From the NCBI GenBank assembly GCA_963796275.1, contig CAWCKY010000002.1, positions 719,479 to 783,478 of the forward strand: a stretch of 64,000 nt of DNA, read 5' to 3'. This document shows, piece after piece, positions 40,727-49,549 of this stretch; positions within the stretch are counted from its first letter, which is position 1, and the number at the start of each line of letters is the position of its first letter. This stretch comes from an uncultured Acidobacteriota bacterium. Lineage in GTDB: Bacteria > Acidobacteriota > Blastocatellia > RBC074. The translations under genes were made by a program, and so were the position numbers. The notes under the pieces were generated by a model. It was not told the origin of the DNA and did not search any database. It saw only the letters and a list, made by a program, of their open reading frames with translations.

Positions 40727-41824
40727 ATGAACTTATTACATTCAACCATCAAGGAAAGAAATACCGGTGTAATTGTGCAATCAGCAGCCTGCGTGCTCGT
40801 CATATTCTGCCTGGCGAGCGGAGCCGTCGGCTCGAACCGCGCAAATGCGGGTAGCGTTATGCCGATGGCTCAAAAACCTGACGGCCAGCAGAAACCCAAA
40901 GTGGGGGAAACAGCCGATAAGGTGAAGGATGGTTCGGCGGTGTTGTGGCAAGAACCAACCGACATTGAGAGCCGCGATCTATTCTACGGCATTGGCGGGC
41001 GAGAAGGCGCACCTGATCCAGCAGGCAAATTCACTTTCCTGGCCGACAAAGGCTCGCCCAAAGATTCGAATCCGAAGATCGATGTCAAGGACGAGCAGGG
41101 GCGCACCTGGACAGTGAAGTTCGGACCTGAAGTCAAGTCGGAAACTGCCGCTACCCGCATCGTCTGGGCGGCCGGTTATCACGTCGATCAGGTTTACTTT
41201 GTGGAGAGCGCGACTATTGAGGGATTTACGCGACTGGAAGCGAGGAATATGCGGTTTGAACGCGAAGACGATGGCTGGAAGAATCTGGGTCGCTGGGACT
41301 GGAAAACCAACCCATTTGTCGGCACGCGTGAACTCGATGGTCTCAAGACCCTCATGGCGCTCATTCAAAATGTCGATCTCTCAGAGTTGAATAACAAGAT
41401 CGTGCGACCCAAGAAGCAGGCCAGCGGCGTAGAGAATGATATCTACTACGTGAATGATCTGGGAGCATCGCTCGGTTCGACCGGGGCCTGGTTCACCAAA
41501 TTACCGTGGTTAACGAAGGCCAGAAGCGAGAGTAAAGGCGTTCCGAAGGATTATGTCAAAAACGGATTCATCGCGGGAGTCAAGAACGGCGAGGTTAAAT
41601 TTCGTATGACCCGCAGGCTAGCCGGACAGATACTCGATGGAGTCAAGATTGAGCACGCCCGGTGGATGGGAAACCTGTTGGCTCGTCTCTCGGAGAAACA
41701 GTTGAATGACGCCTTCCGATGCGCCGGTTTCACCGAGTCTGAAGTGGTCATCTACATGAACGAAATCAGAAACCGCATCAAGCAACTACAGAATTTGGAG
41801 TCAGCGACCGTAACGTCTCGCTGA
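40727..41824 (+). CDS. Exported kinase-like protein of unknown function
   Basis: Signal/TM segment; D..GRTW.VKFG.E...E.AA.RI.WA.GY, N.DL...NN, NDLG motifs resemble an atypical kinase fold. Confidence 0.6.
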   Translation: MNLLHSTIKERNTGVIVQSAACVLVIFCLASGAVGSNRANAGSVMPMAQKPDGQQKPKVGETADKVKDGSAVLWQEPTDIESRDLFYGIGGREGAPDPAGKFTFLADKGSPKDSNPKIDVKDEQGRTWTVKFGPEVKSETAATRIVWAAGYHVDQVYFVESATIEGFTRLEARNMRFEREDDGWKNLGRWDWKTNPFVGTRELDGLKTLMALIQNVDLSELNNKIVRPKKQASGVENDIYYVNDLGASLGSTGAWFTKLPWLTKARSESKGVPKDYVKNGFIAGVKNGEVKFRMTRRLAGQILDGVKIEHARWMGNLLARLSEKQLNDAFRCAGFTESEVVIYMNEIRNRIKQLQNLESATVTSR

Positions 41825-42174
41825 TGGCTTGAAATTGATCTGAGCAATGTCCGGTGGAATGAAGTGAGTGTACGGAAGAGAATGAACGGTGAAGTATATA
41901 CCGGTGCAGCCACGGTTGCCCGAGAGGCCGCCGCTATTGTCGCTGGCGGGGCCATAACTGCATCGCCGCGCGTAGCACCTTCGTTTTGGCAGTGAGCGGC
42001 AACTGAGGACAAGTACGATCGCCACTCGATTTGATTTTCGGTGGGCACGCGATCGCCGATACCGACTACGGAGCGCGCAGGCCACAATCAGCAGTGAATG
42101 CGCAAATCTTATTGCCGACAGGCGCCGACACGTCGGCCTAGCACGATGAGCGTCAACAGCGGAGGTCCTCAATA

Positions 42175-42207
42175 TGAACCAGTGGTTAAAGCGGCGCGCT
42201 GCTCGTC
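42175..42207 (+). repeat. 33-bp direct repeat, copy 2
   Basis: TGAACCAGTGGTTAAAGCGGCGCGCTGCTCGTC; 31/33 identical to 35643-35675. Confidence 0.85.
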
Positions 42208-42307
42208 GGAAAACGGCGGAACCTAATCTGCGGTACTGATTCCACGGCCTACGTGGAAGGGATACAGGCGGGAGAGGTGTCTGCTACACTATCAACCGAG
42301 TTGTCCC

Positions 42308-44812
42308 ATGACTCAGAGGACGATTTCTCATTATTCGATTCTCAAAAGGCTCGGCGCCGGCGGGATGGGCGAAGTTTATCTCGCTCAGGATACCAGGCTC
42401 GATCGCAAAGTCGCGCTCAAGTTGCTGCTCGCCGAGTTCGTCAGCAATGAAGACCGCCTAAGACGATTCGTTCAAGAAGCAAAGGCTACTGCTGCTTTGA
42501 GCCACCCCAACATCGCGCACATCTATGAAGTCGGCGAAGCAGATGGCACTCATTTCATCGCGATGGAGTTTATCGATGGCGACACGCTGACCGCCAAGAT
42601 ACGACGCGACGATTATCCGCTCATCACTCTTCTGAAGTATCTCTCGCAGGTAGCTGAGGGGCTGGCGAAGGCCCACGCTGCGGGAATCGTTCATCGCGAC
42701 CTCAAGCCGGACAACATCATGATCACTCGGGACGGGTACGCAAAGGTTCTCGATTTCGGTATCGCTAAGCTCATTGTACCCACGAGCTCGCACGCTGCAA
42801 CCGGCGAAGAGCTGACCGAAGTAGAGACAGCCTCGCTGCTCGCGCAGCCGCTATCCGCCCCTGGAATGGTGATTGGAACAGCCGGTTACATGTCGCCCGA
42901 ACAAGTGCAAGGGAGATCTGTAGATCAGCGCTCGGACATATTCTCATTCGGATGCATTCTCTTCGAAGCCGCCACCCGCCGACGCGCCTTTGAAGGCGAC
43001 TCCGTCATAGACACTTTGCACAAGATAATATACGCGGCTGCGCCTTCGATCACCGACCTCAATCCCTCAGCACCGGTTGACTTGCAGCGGATAGTCCGGC
43101 GCTGCCTGGCTAAAGATCCCGAGAAGCGCTACCAGACAATCAGAGATGTGGCTAACGAGCTGGAGGATCTTCGGCGAGAGATGGACAGCTATTCGGAAGC
43201 CATGGACACTGTTGTGCTGGATGACACATTTATCACCGGCGGCAGCGTCTCACAGACGGAAAGACGCAAAACCGACGCTAGTGAAAGTGACCGTCAAACT
43301 CGTTCGACATCAAGCGCCGAATATCTAGTCGGTGAAATCAAGCGACACAAACTCGCGGCCATCCTTGTCTTACTGATCGCTACCAGCGCCGCGGTCGGTC
43401 TCACTTTCTATCACTACGGTCGAAATAAAGAAGTCGCAATCGAATCGATTGCGGTCCTGCCATTTGTCAATCAGAACGACCAGCAAGACATGGATTACCG
43501 CTCGGATGGTTTGACTGAAGGCATCATCAACAGCCTCACTCATCTTCCAAATCTTAAAGTAATCGCCCGCAGCTCTGTCTTTCGCTACAAGGACAAAGAG
43601 ACGGATCCTTTGACTGCCGGCAAGGAACTGGGCGTGCGAGCCGTCTTGACAGGACGGATTGCGCAGCGTGGCGACGCGTTACTGATCAGCACGGAGTTGG
43701 TAGACGTGAGTGATAACAAACAGCTATGGGGCGAACAATACAGCACGAGCGTTTCTGATTTGCTTACGGTACAGCGTGTAATTGCGAGTGAGATTACGAA
43801 CAGTTTGAAGTTGAAGCTCTCTGGTGAGCAACACACGTGTATGACGAAGCATTACACCGACAACCCCGAGGCTTATCAGCTTTATTTGAGAGGGCGCTTC
43901 TACTGGAACAAACGTACTGGTGAAGCGCTGAAGAAATCGATCGAGTATTTCAACCAGGCAGTCGAGAAAGACCCGGGCTACGCCTTGGCCTATGCGGGAT
44001 TAGCCGATGCATATGGCTTGCTTCCCAGCTACGCGGCCAGCTCACCCCAGGAGGCCTTTCCAAAAGCGAAAGCCGCAGCAAGGAAAGCAATCGAGCTGGA
44101 TGATTCTCTGGCAGAGGCTCATACGTCGCTTGCGAACGCACTGTTCAATTACGATTGGAACCTCTCGGAAGCGACTAAGGAGTTTCAGCGGGCAATTGAA
44201 TTGAATCCGAATTATGCAACCACGCATCATTGGTATGGTAACGGGCCTTTGTTGGCGATGGAGCGCTTTGATGATGCGATCGTGGAGATGAAACGCGCCC
44301 AAGAGCTTGATCCGCTCTCGTTGATTATCAATGCCGAAATTGGTGTCAGCTACACATTCGCGGGCCAGTATGATCGGAGTATCGAACAGTTTCGAAAAAC
44401 TCTCGAGATGGACCCGGGCTTTTACTTCGCTCATCGGACCCTGGGTGTTGCCTATGAGATGAAAGGACATTTTCGCGAAGCATTGTTGGAATACCAAACG
44501 GCAAGACGTTTGGCCGATGACCCATCCTTGCTGGGGGATATCGGACATGTACTGGCTATGTCGGGCAACAGAGATGAAGCATTGAAAACACTCGCCCAAA
44601 TGAAAGAGATTTCCAAAGAACGATACGTCCCGGCTTACGTCTTCGCCCTGATTTATTTAGGTCTTGGCAACAAGGATCAAGCGTTTCAATGGCTGGAAAA
44701 GAGTTATCAAGACCGTGAGGCCAATCTGTGTTTTTTTAAGATCGACCCACAAATGAAATCCCTCCGCAGTGACCCGCGCTTCTCAGACCTCGTGCGTCGG
44801 ATTGGACTTTGA
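42308..44812 (+). CDS. Hanks-type Ser/Thr kinase with TolB-like domain and TPRs
   Basis: LGAGGMGEV, VALK, HRDLKPDN, DFG, YMSPEQ; SIAVLPF; TPRs; LRSDPRF. Confidence 0.95.
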   Translation: MTQRTISHYSILKRLGAGGMGEVYLAQDTRLDRKVALKLLLAEFVSNEDRLRRFVQEAKATAALSHPNIAHIYEVGEADGTHFIAMEFIDGDTLTAKIRRDDYPLITLLKYLSQVAEGLAKAHAAGIVHRDLKPDNIMITRDGYAKVLDFGIAKLIVPTSSHAATGEELTEVETASLLAQPLSAPGMVIGTAGYMSPEQVQGRSVDQRSDIFSFGCILFEAATRRRAFEGDSVIDTLHKIIYAAAPSITDLNPSAPVDLQRIVRRCLAKDPEKRYQTIRDVANELEDLRREMDSYSEAMDTVVLDDTFITGGSVSQTERRKTDASESDRQTRSTSSAEYLVGEIKRHKLAAILVLLIATSAAVGLTFYHYGRNKEVAIESIAVLPFVNQNDQQDMDYRSDGLTEGIINSLTHLPNLKVIARSSVFRYKDKETDPLTAGKELGVRAVLTGRIAQRGDALLISTELVDVSDNKQLWGEQYSTSVSDLLTVQRVIASEITNSLKLKLSGEQHTCMTKHYTDNPEAYQLYLRGRFYWNKRTGEALKKSIEYFNQAVEKDPGYALAYAGLADAYGLLPSYAASSPQEAFPKAKAAARKAIELDDSLAEAHTSLANALFNYDWNLSEATKEFQRAIELNPNYATTHHWYGNGPLLAMERFDDAIVEMKRAQELDPLSLIINAEIGVSYTFAGQYDRSIEQFRKTLEMDPGFYFAHRTLGVAYEMKGHFREALLEYQTARRLADDPSLLGDIGHVLAMSGNRDEALKTLAQMKEISKERYVPAYVFALIYLGLGNKDQAFQWLEKSYQDREANLCFFKIDPQMKSLRSDPRFSDLVRRIGL

Positions 44813-45138
44813 GTTGGCCGAACTACCAGGGATGTTGAATCGGAACTTTGGCTCATATGGCGCGGGCTTGAATCGTAAAGCTTCGATAACGGCGCATGAC
44901 TTCTAAAAGGTTAGAGGCAAGGAGAATTCGAGGCGCCGCGGCTGAATCAGATATCGGTCAATGTCTTCAATCTCATACGACTCAAGCGCTTAAGAAGGAA
45001 GAAGTTGTGCTCAAAAGCCATAATAGTGCGTTTGGGGCCACATTGAACTGAACAAGTCAAATGACCAGCACCGGGTTGCTAACTACCTGTATTTTAAATA
45101 GTTTGACAAGACTTCATATGAAAAACGAAAGGTCAATT

Positions 45139-46243
45139 ATGAAGATCGTGGTTATTGGCGGTAGCGGACTCATCGGGTCAAAGCTTGTAACGAAACTCGG
45201 CGAGCACGGACATGAGGCTGTGGCGGCGTCACCCAATTCCGGCGTCAACACACTTACCGGCGAGGGATTGGCCGAAGTACTGAAGGGCGCCCGGGTTGTC
45301 GTCGACGTATCGAACTCGCCCTCCTTCGAGGATGCGGCGGTCATGAAGTTCTTCGAGACGTCAACTCGCAACCTCCTCACCTATGAAGCGGCTGCGGGTG
45401 TGGGCCATCACGTGGCGTTGTCAGTCGTCGGAACCGAGCGTCTGTCCGAAAGCGGCTACCTCCGCGCGAAGCTCGCTCAGGAGAAGCTAATCAAGGAGTC
45501 CTCGATCCCCTACTCGATCGTCCACGCGACGCAGTTCTTCGAGTTCGTCAAAAGCATCGCCGATGCGGCAACCGACGGCAACACGGTTCGCCTGCCGCCT
45601 GTCGGTTTCCAGCCCATGGCGGCCGACGATGTCGCCAGTGCGGTGGCCAAGAGTCGCGATTGGATCGCCGTTGAATGGAATCGTTGAGGTGGCGGGGCCC
45701 GAGCAGTTCCGCTTCGATGAACTCATTCGCCGGGGCCTCAGCGCCCGCAAGGATCCGCGCGAGGTTATCGCTGACCCGCACGCGCGCTACTTCGGCACGG
45801 AGCTGAGCGAGCGCTCACTTGTTCCGGGCGATGACGCGCAGCTCGGCGAGACGCGTTTCGAAGACTGGCTTAGCCGCTCAACAAACCAGGCGCCGCCACC
45901 GACTCCTCGACCCGCAACCGCCTCGATCAATGCTTCTACCCGTAAGGAAAATGAATTTCGTGTAAGCGAAGTGCCGCCTGGATCAGCCTTGCTGGTGGGC
46001 GAGGCGGCTGTCTTTAACGTCGGTGGGACCTTTTGTGCGACGCAGGCCAAATGCACGCACCGGCAAGGTCCATTGAGCAAAGGCAAACTCGATGGATCGA
46101 CGGTGACGTGTCCGCTTCACGGCTCGCAATTCAACGTAAGCACGGGTGAGGTGTTGCGCGGCCCCGCGACAGATCCGCTCAAAACTTACCGAGTGATTGT
46201 TGATGGCGACATTGGGCGGGTAGAGGCTGAATTGGGCGGGTAG
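45139..46243 (+). CDS. NmrA/SDR-like NAD(P)-binding protein fused to a Rieske ferredoxin; frameshift ~45650
   Basis: GGSGLIG, ATQFFEF, DPHARYFG; proline-rich linker; CTHRQG...CPLHG. Confidence 0.8.
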
Positions 46244-46250
46244 AGGCTGA
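46211..46250. repeat. Perfect 20-bp tandem duplication
   Basis: ATTGGGCGGGTAGAGGCTGA twice. Confidence 0.95.
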
Positions 46251-46402
46251 CGCTGCCGCGGTCGCGAAGACGATCTCGCAGCTCGCGTGATGCTCAAGAG
46301 TAGCAGCAGTGGCAGTTAAGCCGGCGGCAACAATTACCGCACAAAGTAAATTCAGCCAAACTTGAAGTTACGAGAGCGGCACAACAAAAAAAGGAGAGTG
46401 TC

Positions 46403-47248
46403 ATGAGTACTATCACAACGAAAGATGGAACGCAGATTTACTACAAAGACTGGGGCGCTGGCCCGGCAGTTACGTTCTCGCACGGCTGGCCCTTGAATGC
46501 CGACATGTGGGATGGACAAATGCTCTTCCTCGCACAGAACGGCTTCCGCGTGGTCGCGCACGACCGGCGTGGCCACGGCCGGTCCAGCCAGGCCTCTTCC
46601 GGCAATGACATGGACGGCTATGCCGACGATCTTGCGGCCGTGATCGAAGCCCTCGATCTCAAGCAAGTCACCCTGGTGGGCCACTCCACCGGAGGCGGAG
46701 AAGTCGCGCGCTACATCGGCCGCTACGGAACGAGCCGAGTCGCCAGGGCAATCCTGATCGCCGCAGTGCCACCGCTTATGCTGAAGACCGCTGGAAATCC
46801 TGAGGGTCTTCCAATTGAGCTTTTCGACGACCTGCGCGCGAGCCTTATGAAGGACCGCTCGCAGGCTTACAGGGATTTTGCAGCCCCCTTCTATGGTGCC
46901 AATAGACCTGGAGCTAAAGTCTCTCAGGGCATTCTCGATCAGTTCTGGAGCTGGAGCATGCAGTCGGGTCTTAAGAATGCCTACGAGAGTATCAAAGCCT
47001 TCTCTGAGACCGACTTCACCGAGGACTTAAAGAGTTTCGATATACCGACATTGGTACTTCACGGCGAGGACGACCAGATCGTTCCAGTGAAGAACTCTGC
47101 CAGAAAGTCGGCTCAACTCATTAAGGGCGCGAAGGAGATTTACTATCCAGGCGCGCCACACGGCATCACTGCTACACATCAGGATCAGATCAACGCGGAT
47201 CTGCTTGCCTTCATCGCGGGGCAAAAGTCGGCGGGGGGTGATAGATGA
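46403..47248 (+). CDS. cpo: Non-heme chloroperoxidase-like alpha/beta hydrolase
   Basis: [41 protein letters not shown]. Confidence 0.92.
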   Translation: MSTITTKDGTQIYYKDWGAGPAVTFSHGWPLNADMWDGQMLFLAQNGFRVVAHDRRGHGRSSQASSGNDMDGYADDLAAVIEALDLKQVTLVGHSTGGGEVARYIGRYGTSRVARAILIAAVPPLMLKTAGNPEGLPIELFDDLRASLMKDRSQAYRDFAAPFYGANRPGAKVSQGILDQFWSWSMQSGLKNAYESIKAFSETDFTEDLKSFDIPTLVLHGEDDQIVPVKNSARKSAQLIKGAKEIYYPGAPHGITATHQDQINADLLAFIAGQKSAGGDR

Positions 47249-47348
47249 CCTTGTTCGGGTGGCCGAGGATGTGACGGAGCCCGTGATTGCGTTTGCGGCC
47301 CGGGCCCCGTTTTTAAAGCAACGCCCAAACGACAGAGGAGAGCGTGAA

Positions 47349-48020
47349 ATGACTGCAATTGACCTGAAAGCACAACCGGACATCGCGACACGTTTACTGG
47401 CAGGCGTCTCGGTGCCCGACACGCCATTGATTTCCCGGGCGATAGATTTCGCACGCGAGCGGTCTGAGCCTTACTTGTTCAATCACGTCATGCGATCGTG
47501 GCTTTTTGCGGCGATCCTCGCGCAACGCAAACAGCTTGCGCATGACGGCGAAGTTCTGGCCGTGACTACAATCCTGCACGACCTGGGTCTGACGGAAGGA
47601 TTCGACGGGCCACTGCGATTTGAAGTGGAAGGGGCGAATGCCGCACGGACCTTCGCCCGCAACGAGGGTATGGACGATCGTCGGGCACAGTTGATCTGGG
47701 ACGGAGTTGCGCTCAACTCGACGCCTTCCATAAGCCTTTACAAGGAGGCAGAGGTTGCGTTGGCGACGATGGGCATCGGCCTGGACTGGGGTGGCTGGGG
47801 TTACGAGGCGCTGACCGATGATGAGGTGGCGGCGATCAGGGAAGCGTTTCCCCGGCTGGGAATGAAGGAACGATTCACGCAAGCCGTCTGCCGGATTGTC
47901 GAGACCCACCCGACGACGACGTACGATAACTTCGCTCGAGATTTTGGCGAGCGCTTTGTGCCTGGTTACAAGCCGGCGTCGACGGTGGATTATTTGCTGA
48001 ACTCCCCGTTCAAGGAGTGA
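47349..48020 (+). CDS. HD-domain hydrolase (cyanamide hydratase-like)
   Basis: LFNHVMRSWLF, LHDLGL, RFEVEGANAA. Confidence 0.85.
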   Translation: MTAIDLKAQPDIATRLLAGVSVPDTPLISRAIDFARERSEPYLFNHVMRSWLFAAILAQRKQLAHDGEVLAVTTILHDLGLTEGFDGPLRFEVEGANAARTFARNEGMDDRRAQLIWDGVALNSTPSISLYKEAEVALATMGIGLDWGGWGYEALTDDEVAAIREAFPRLGMKERFTQAVCRIVETHPTTTYDNFARDFGERFVPGYKPASTVDYLLNSPFKE

Positions 48021-48058
48021 TGCCGTATGTGGCCGGTTTACCAAACGAGAGGTTAATC

Positions 48059-48340
48059 ATGAAGAACAAGGAATTAATGCTCGTCCTGCTGTTTCTGATG
48101 CCAGGCGCGTTGATGGCCCAACAGCCCGCGCCAGTCAGGCCCCACAGGCCTCGGTAAAATCGCTGACTTCGAAAGATCTGCACGAGTTTCCTGGCAAAGA
48201 GGCCTTGATGATCCTGGTGGAATATCCGCCGGGTGGCGTAGATCCCATCCACCGGCACAATGCGCACGCATTCGTCTATGTGTTGGAGGCTCAATAATCA
48301 TGCAGGTGAAAGGTGGAAACGAGGTGACGCTGACACCGGG
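48059..48340 (+). pseudogene. Decayed cupin gene
   Basis: FPGKEALMILVEYPPGGVDPIHRHNAHAFVYVLE / MQVKGGNEVTLTPG with frameshifts, truncated. Confidence 0.8.
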
Positions 48341-48500
48341 CACCATCATCCAAACGCCTGCCACGCGCGCCGCGATAGCCCAAGCGAATGATGGGCGGCG
48401 AAAGGCTTTTATCAAGCGGGGAAAAGCGGCGCTTGAAAAGGAGTTACGTTTGATGTGACCGATACCATTAACATTAATGCACTAGTGAAAGGAGATTCTC

Positions 48501-49439
48501 ATGAACGACCAGAACATGACAAACATGAGCTTGGACAACACCTCACACCCCGGCAGACCGGCGCCCGACGAGTTGGTTCCGTCGCGCTACGCGCTGCGGG
48601 TTGGCGAGATTGACGTCCTAGTAATCAGCGATGGGCCGTTTCCGCTGCCAGCCACGACGTTAGCCACCAATGCCGACCCGGCCGACCTGGCGGCCTGGCT
48701 GGACGACAGGCTCCAGCCGCCGGATGTGTACATCTGGCCGCTGAACGTGGTCGTGGTGCGTAGCGGCGGCCGGACCGTACTAATCGACTCTGGGTTGGGG
48801 GCGGAGTACCCGGACTTCCCGCGGGCCGGGGGGCTGCTGGCCCGGCGACTGGAGCCCGCCGGCATCGATCCCGCATCCGTGACCGACGTGGTGCTTACCC
48901 ACCTGCACGTGGACCACGTTGGCGGGCTGCTCACCGACGGGCTGAGGGGCCGGCTGCGTCCGGACGTGCCGATCCACCTGGGGGCCGCCGAGGCCGAGTT
49001 CTGGGCGTCGCCCGACTTCTCCCGCAACACTTTTGGGGGGATGCCGCACGTGCTTCGGTCGGCCGCCGGGCGGTTCTTGGACGAGTACCGCAGCCAGCTG
49101 CGGCCGTTCGAGGCGGAGTACGAGGTGGCGCCGGGGGTGGTCGTCCGTCGCACCGGCGGCCACGACCCCGGGCACAGCGTGGTCCGCCTCGCGTCCGGCG
49201 GCGACCGGCTGACGTTCCTCGGCGATGCCGTGTTCCCTAACCATTTCGACCACCCCGACTGGTACAACGCTTTCGATCACGACCCCGAGGAGGCGGTCCG
49301 CGTCCGGGTCCGTCTCTTGCGGGAGCTGGCGGCGAGCCGCGAGCCGCTGGTGGCCGCTCACCTGCCGTTCCCGTCCGTCGGCCGGGTGGCGGTCGCCGGC
49401 GACGTGTTTCGTTTTGTACCGGCCATCTGGGAGTACTGA
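48501..49439 (+). CDS. Metallo-beta-lactamase-fold hydrolase
   Basis: LIDSG, THLHVDHVGG, GGHDPGH, GDA, AHLPFP. Confidence 0.92.
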   Translation: MNDQNMTNMSLDNTSHPGRPAPDELVPSRYALRVGEIDVLVISDGPFPLPATTLATNADPADLAAWLDDRLQPPDVYIWPLNVVVVRSGGRTVLIDSGLGAEYPDFPRAGGLLARRLEPAGIDPASVTDVVLTHLHVDHVGGLLTDGLRGRLRPDVPIHLGAAEAEFWASPDFSRNTFGGMPHVLRSAAGRFLDEYRSQLRPFEAEYEVAPGVVVRRTGGHDPGHSVVRLASGGDRLTFLGDAVFPNHFDHPDWYNAFDHDPEEAVRVRVRLLRELAASREPLVAAHLPFPSVGRVAVAGDVFRFVPAIWEY

Positions 49440-49549
49440 CCGCTTTGTATATCGGCGGCGCGAGCGCGGGCATCCGCGTGACCAAGCTCGATGAGCTCGG
49501 CCGCAATGTCGACACGCCGGTCAATGTTGGCTGTAAAGGATAGATAACT

